64,000 nt of DNA, from positions 17,546,001 through 17,610,000 of the forward strand of contig NC_043020.1 of the NCBI RefSeq assembly GCF_006345805.1. Reading direction: 5' to 3'. Position 1 is the stretch's first letter; each line of letters opens with the position of its first letter. The notes beneath the pieces were generated by a model. That model worked only from the letters and a program-made list of their open reading frames with translations. It was not told the origin of the DNA and did not search any database. Below, piece by piece: positions 62,303 through 64,000 of this stretch. A program made the translations under genes and the position numbers. Source of the DNA: Octopus sinensis. Its lineage: Eukaryota.

Positions 62303-62673
62303 AGTAACTAAACAAACAAAAGCAACACACAAGCAACACTCGGATTTACTTCAGCAAGGCTGCTTGGTTTGTTGGGAACTGCAGTTAATTATGTAGATTT
62401 TTAGCTAGACAGATAAAAGAATTAGTTCGCAGATACTGTTCCATGTCTCTGGAGAGGTAACACGTAGACAGATGGTAGAGCAAATATTCACCAAGAAATT
62501 CAAGTTCCCAACAAACAGATGCTGCTACACACAGCTCAGTTCCAATTATTCCCAAGACAGTCGAAGGGAACTGAGGTGGGGGAAGATCTGGGGAAGAAAT
62601 TGTGGCAGTCAAATTGTAGGATATTGATTGGCTTCTCGCTAAACATAACCTTTGACCTCATGTCCTATTGCAG

Positions 62674-62700
62674 ATTTGTGTATGCTGTGTACCTGCATAG
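62674..62700 (+). other. Candidate 27-nt micro-exon
   Basis: tgtcctattgcAG|ATTTGTGTATGCTGTGTACCTGCATAG|GTGAGT; length divisible by 3; upstream branch-like ctaaac/ttgac; unique flanks. Confidence 0.35.
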
Positions 62701-63364
62701 GTGAGTTGGCAGGGGTGGGAAAGTGATTATCTTTTGTGCTTTGCTTGCTTCAGTCATTGGACTGTGGCCATGCTGGGGCACTTGCCTTCAAGGATTTAGT
62801 CGAACCAATCAACTCTTTTTATCTTTTATTTGTTTCAGTCAATGGATTGCAGGCCATGCTGGGGCACCGCCTCAAAGAAATTTTAGCTGGGTGAATTGAC
62901 CCCAATTCTTTTATTCTTTTACTTGTTTTCAGTCATTTGACCGCAGCCATGCTGGGGCACTGCCATGAAGGATTTTAGTCAAACAAATTGCCCCCAGGAC
63001 TTATCTCTTAAGCCTAGTACTTATTTTATTGATCTCTTTTGCTGAACCGTTCAGTTACACACACACACACATAAGCAAATCCACATACAAATCTTTGGTC
63101 AGACTGAGGCTATAGCAGAAGACACTTGTGCAAGGTGACATGCAGTGGGACTGAACCCAGAACCACGTGGGTGAGATGCAAACTTCTTACTACATCTGTG
63201 CCTATGTACTTACTTTTTTTTAAGTCAGTTATTTATTCTACCAGTCTCTTTTGCTGAAATTACTAAGCTACAGGTACATAAACAAACCAACACCGGTTGT
63301 CAAGTAGCTGTGGAGACATACACAAAAACACATGTGCATATATCCATATATACATACATACATG

Positions 63365-63662
63365 GGGGCGCAATGGCCCAGTGGCTAGGGCAGCGGACTT
63401 GCGGTTGTAGGATCGCGGTTTCGTTCCTAGACCGGGTGTTGTGAGTGCTTATTGAGCGAAAACACCTCAAGCTCCATGAGGCTCTGGCAGGGGCTGGTGG
63501 CGATCCCTGCTGTACTCTTTCACCACAACTTTCTCTCATTCTTTCTATTGGCCTGCTCGCTTAGCCAGCGGGGTGGTGTCATCAGAAGGCTAAAACAATG
63601 CGAAGCACATTGTGACCAGGAATGTGTAGCAACATCTGATAGCCTGGTTGGTCGCGGTGATC
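63365..63662 (+). mobile_element. SINE family C
   Basis: ggcgcaatggcccagtggctagggcagcggac tRNA-like head. Confidence 0.8.
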
Positions 63663-63696
63663 ACATACATACATACATACATACATACACACATAC

Positions 63697-64000
63697 AAGA
63701 AGTTTGCTTCCCAATCACATGGTTCCAGGCTCAGTCCTACTGTGTGGCCCTTGGGTAAGTGTCTTCTGCTATATCCTTGGGCAAACCAAAGCTCTGTGAG
63801 TGGATTTGGTAGATGGAAACTGAAAGAAGCCTATTGTATGTGTGCAGGTGTGTGTTTGTGTCTGCGTTTGGCCCACCACCACTGCTTGAAAACCTGTGTT
63901 GGTTTGTTTACATCCCTGTAACTTAGCAGTTTGGCAAAAATGCTCAATAAAATAAGCACCTGGCTTTAAAAAAAAATATGTACTCTGGTCAATTTATTTT
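63697..64000 (+). mobile_element. SINE family A (runs off window)
   Basis: Family A consensus. Confidence 0.75.

Noticed and set aside
63365-63440. tRNA-like sequences (also the heads of SINE families A and B)
   Set aside because: A/B boxes continue into SINE bodies and there is no complete cloverleaf; these are SINE heads, not tRNA genes.

Overview
This is a repeat-saturated, AT-rich, non-coding animal genomic window. The tRNA-headed SINE families look like those I know from Octopus (coleoid cephalopod); this is recognition from memory, not a database result. No intact protein-coding gene, rRNA, tRNA or CRISPR array is supportable, and almost all ORF-track entries are translations of microsatellites or SINEs. 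The window contains dozens of SINE copies (four families, here A-D) plus RTE 3'-tail repeats. It also holds decayed LINE fragments (RTE, CR1, R4/Dong-type RLE, Jockey/CR1-group), MITEs (pogo/Tc1-mariner, hAT-Charlie/Buster, hAT-Tip100-like, piggyBac-like, MULE-like), a non-autonomous Helitron, Penelope-type hammerhead motifs, and many micro- and minisatellites. Signals worth following up are: (i) a possible skeleton of a large + strand gene, with a candidate first exon at 22156-22349 and a 27-nt micro-exon at 62674-62700 preceded by competing hairpins; (ii) a near-intact type I hammerhead ribozyme at 44890-44960; (iii) a cluster of non-SINE and SINE inverted repeats at 46.8-55.6 kb that could form intronic dsRNA; (iv) a CR1 insertion flanked by a ~180-bp duplication; (v) R4/Dong-like LINE ends that repeatedly abut (TACA)n microsatellites; and (vi) a mariner-like MITE carrying a captured SINE fragment. 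All coordinates were read by eye, and repeat boundaries are approximate unless a TSD or TIR is cited.
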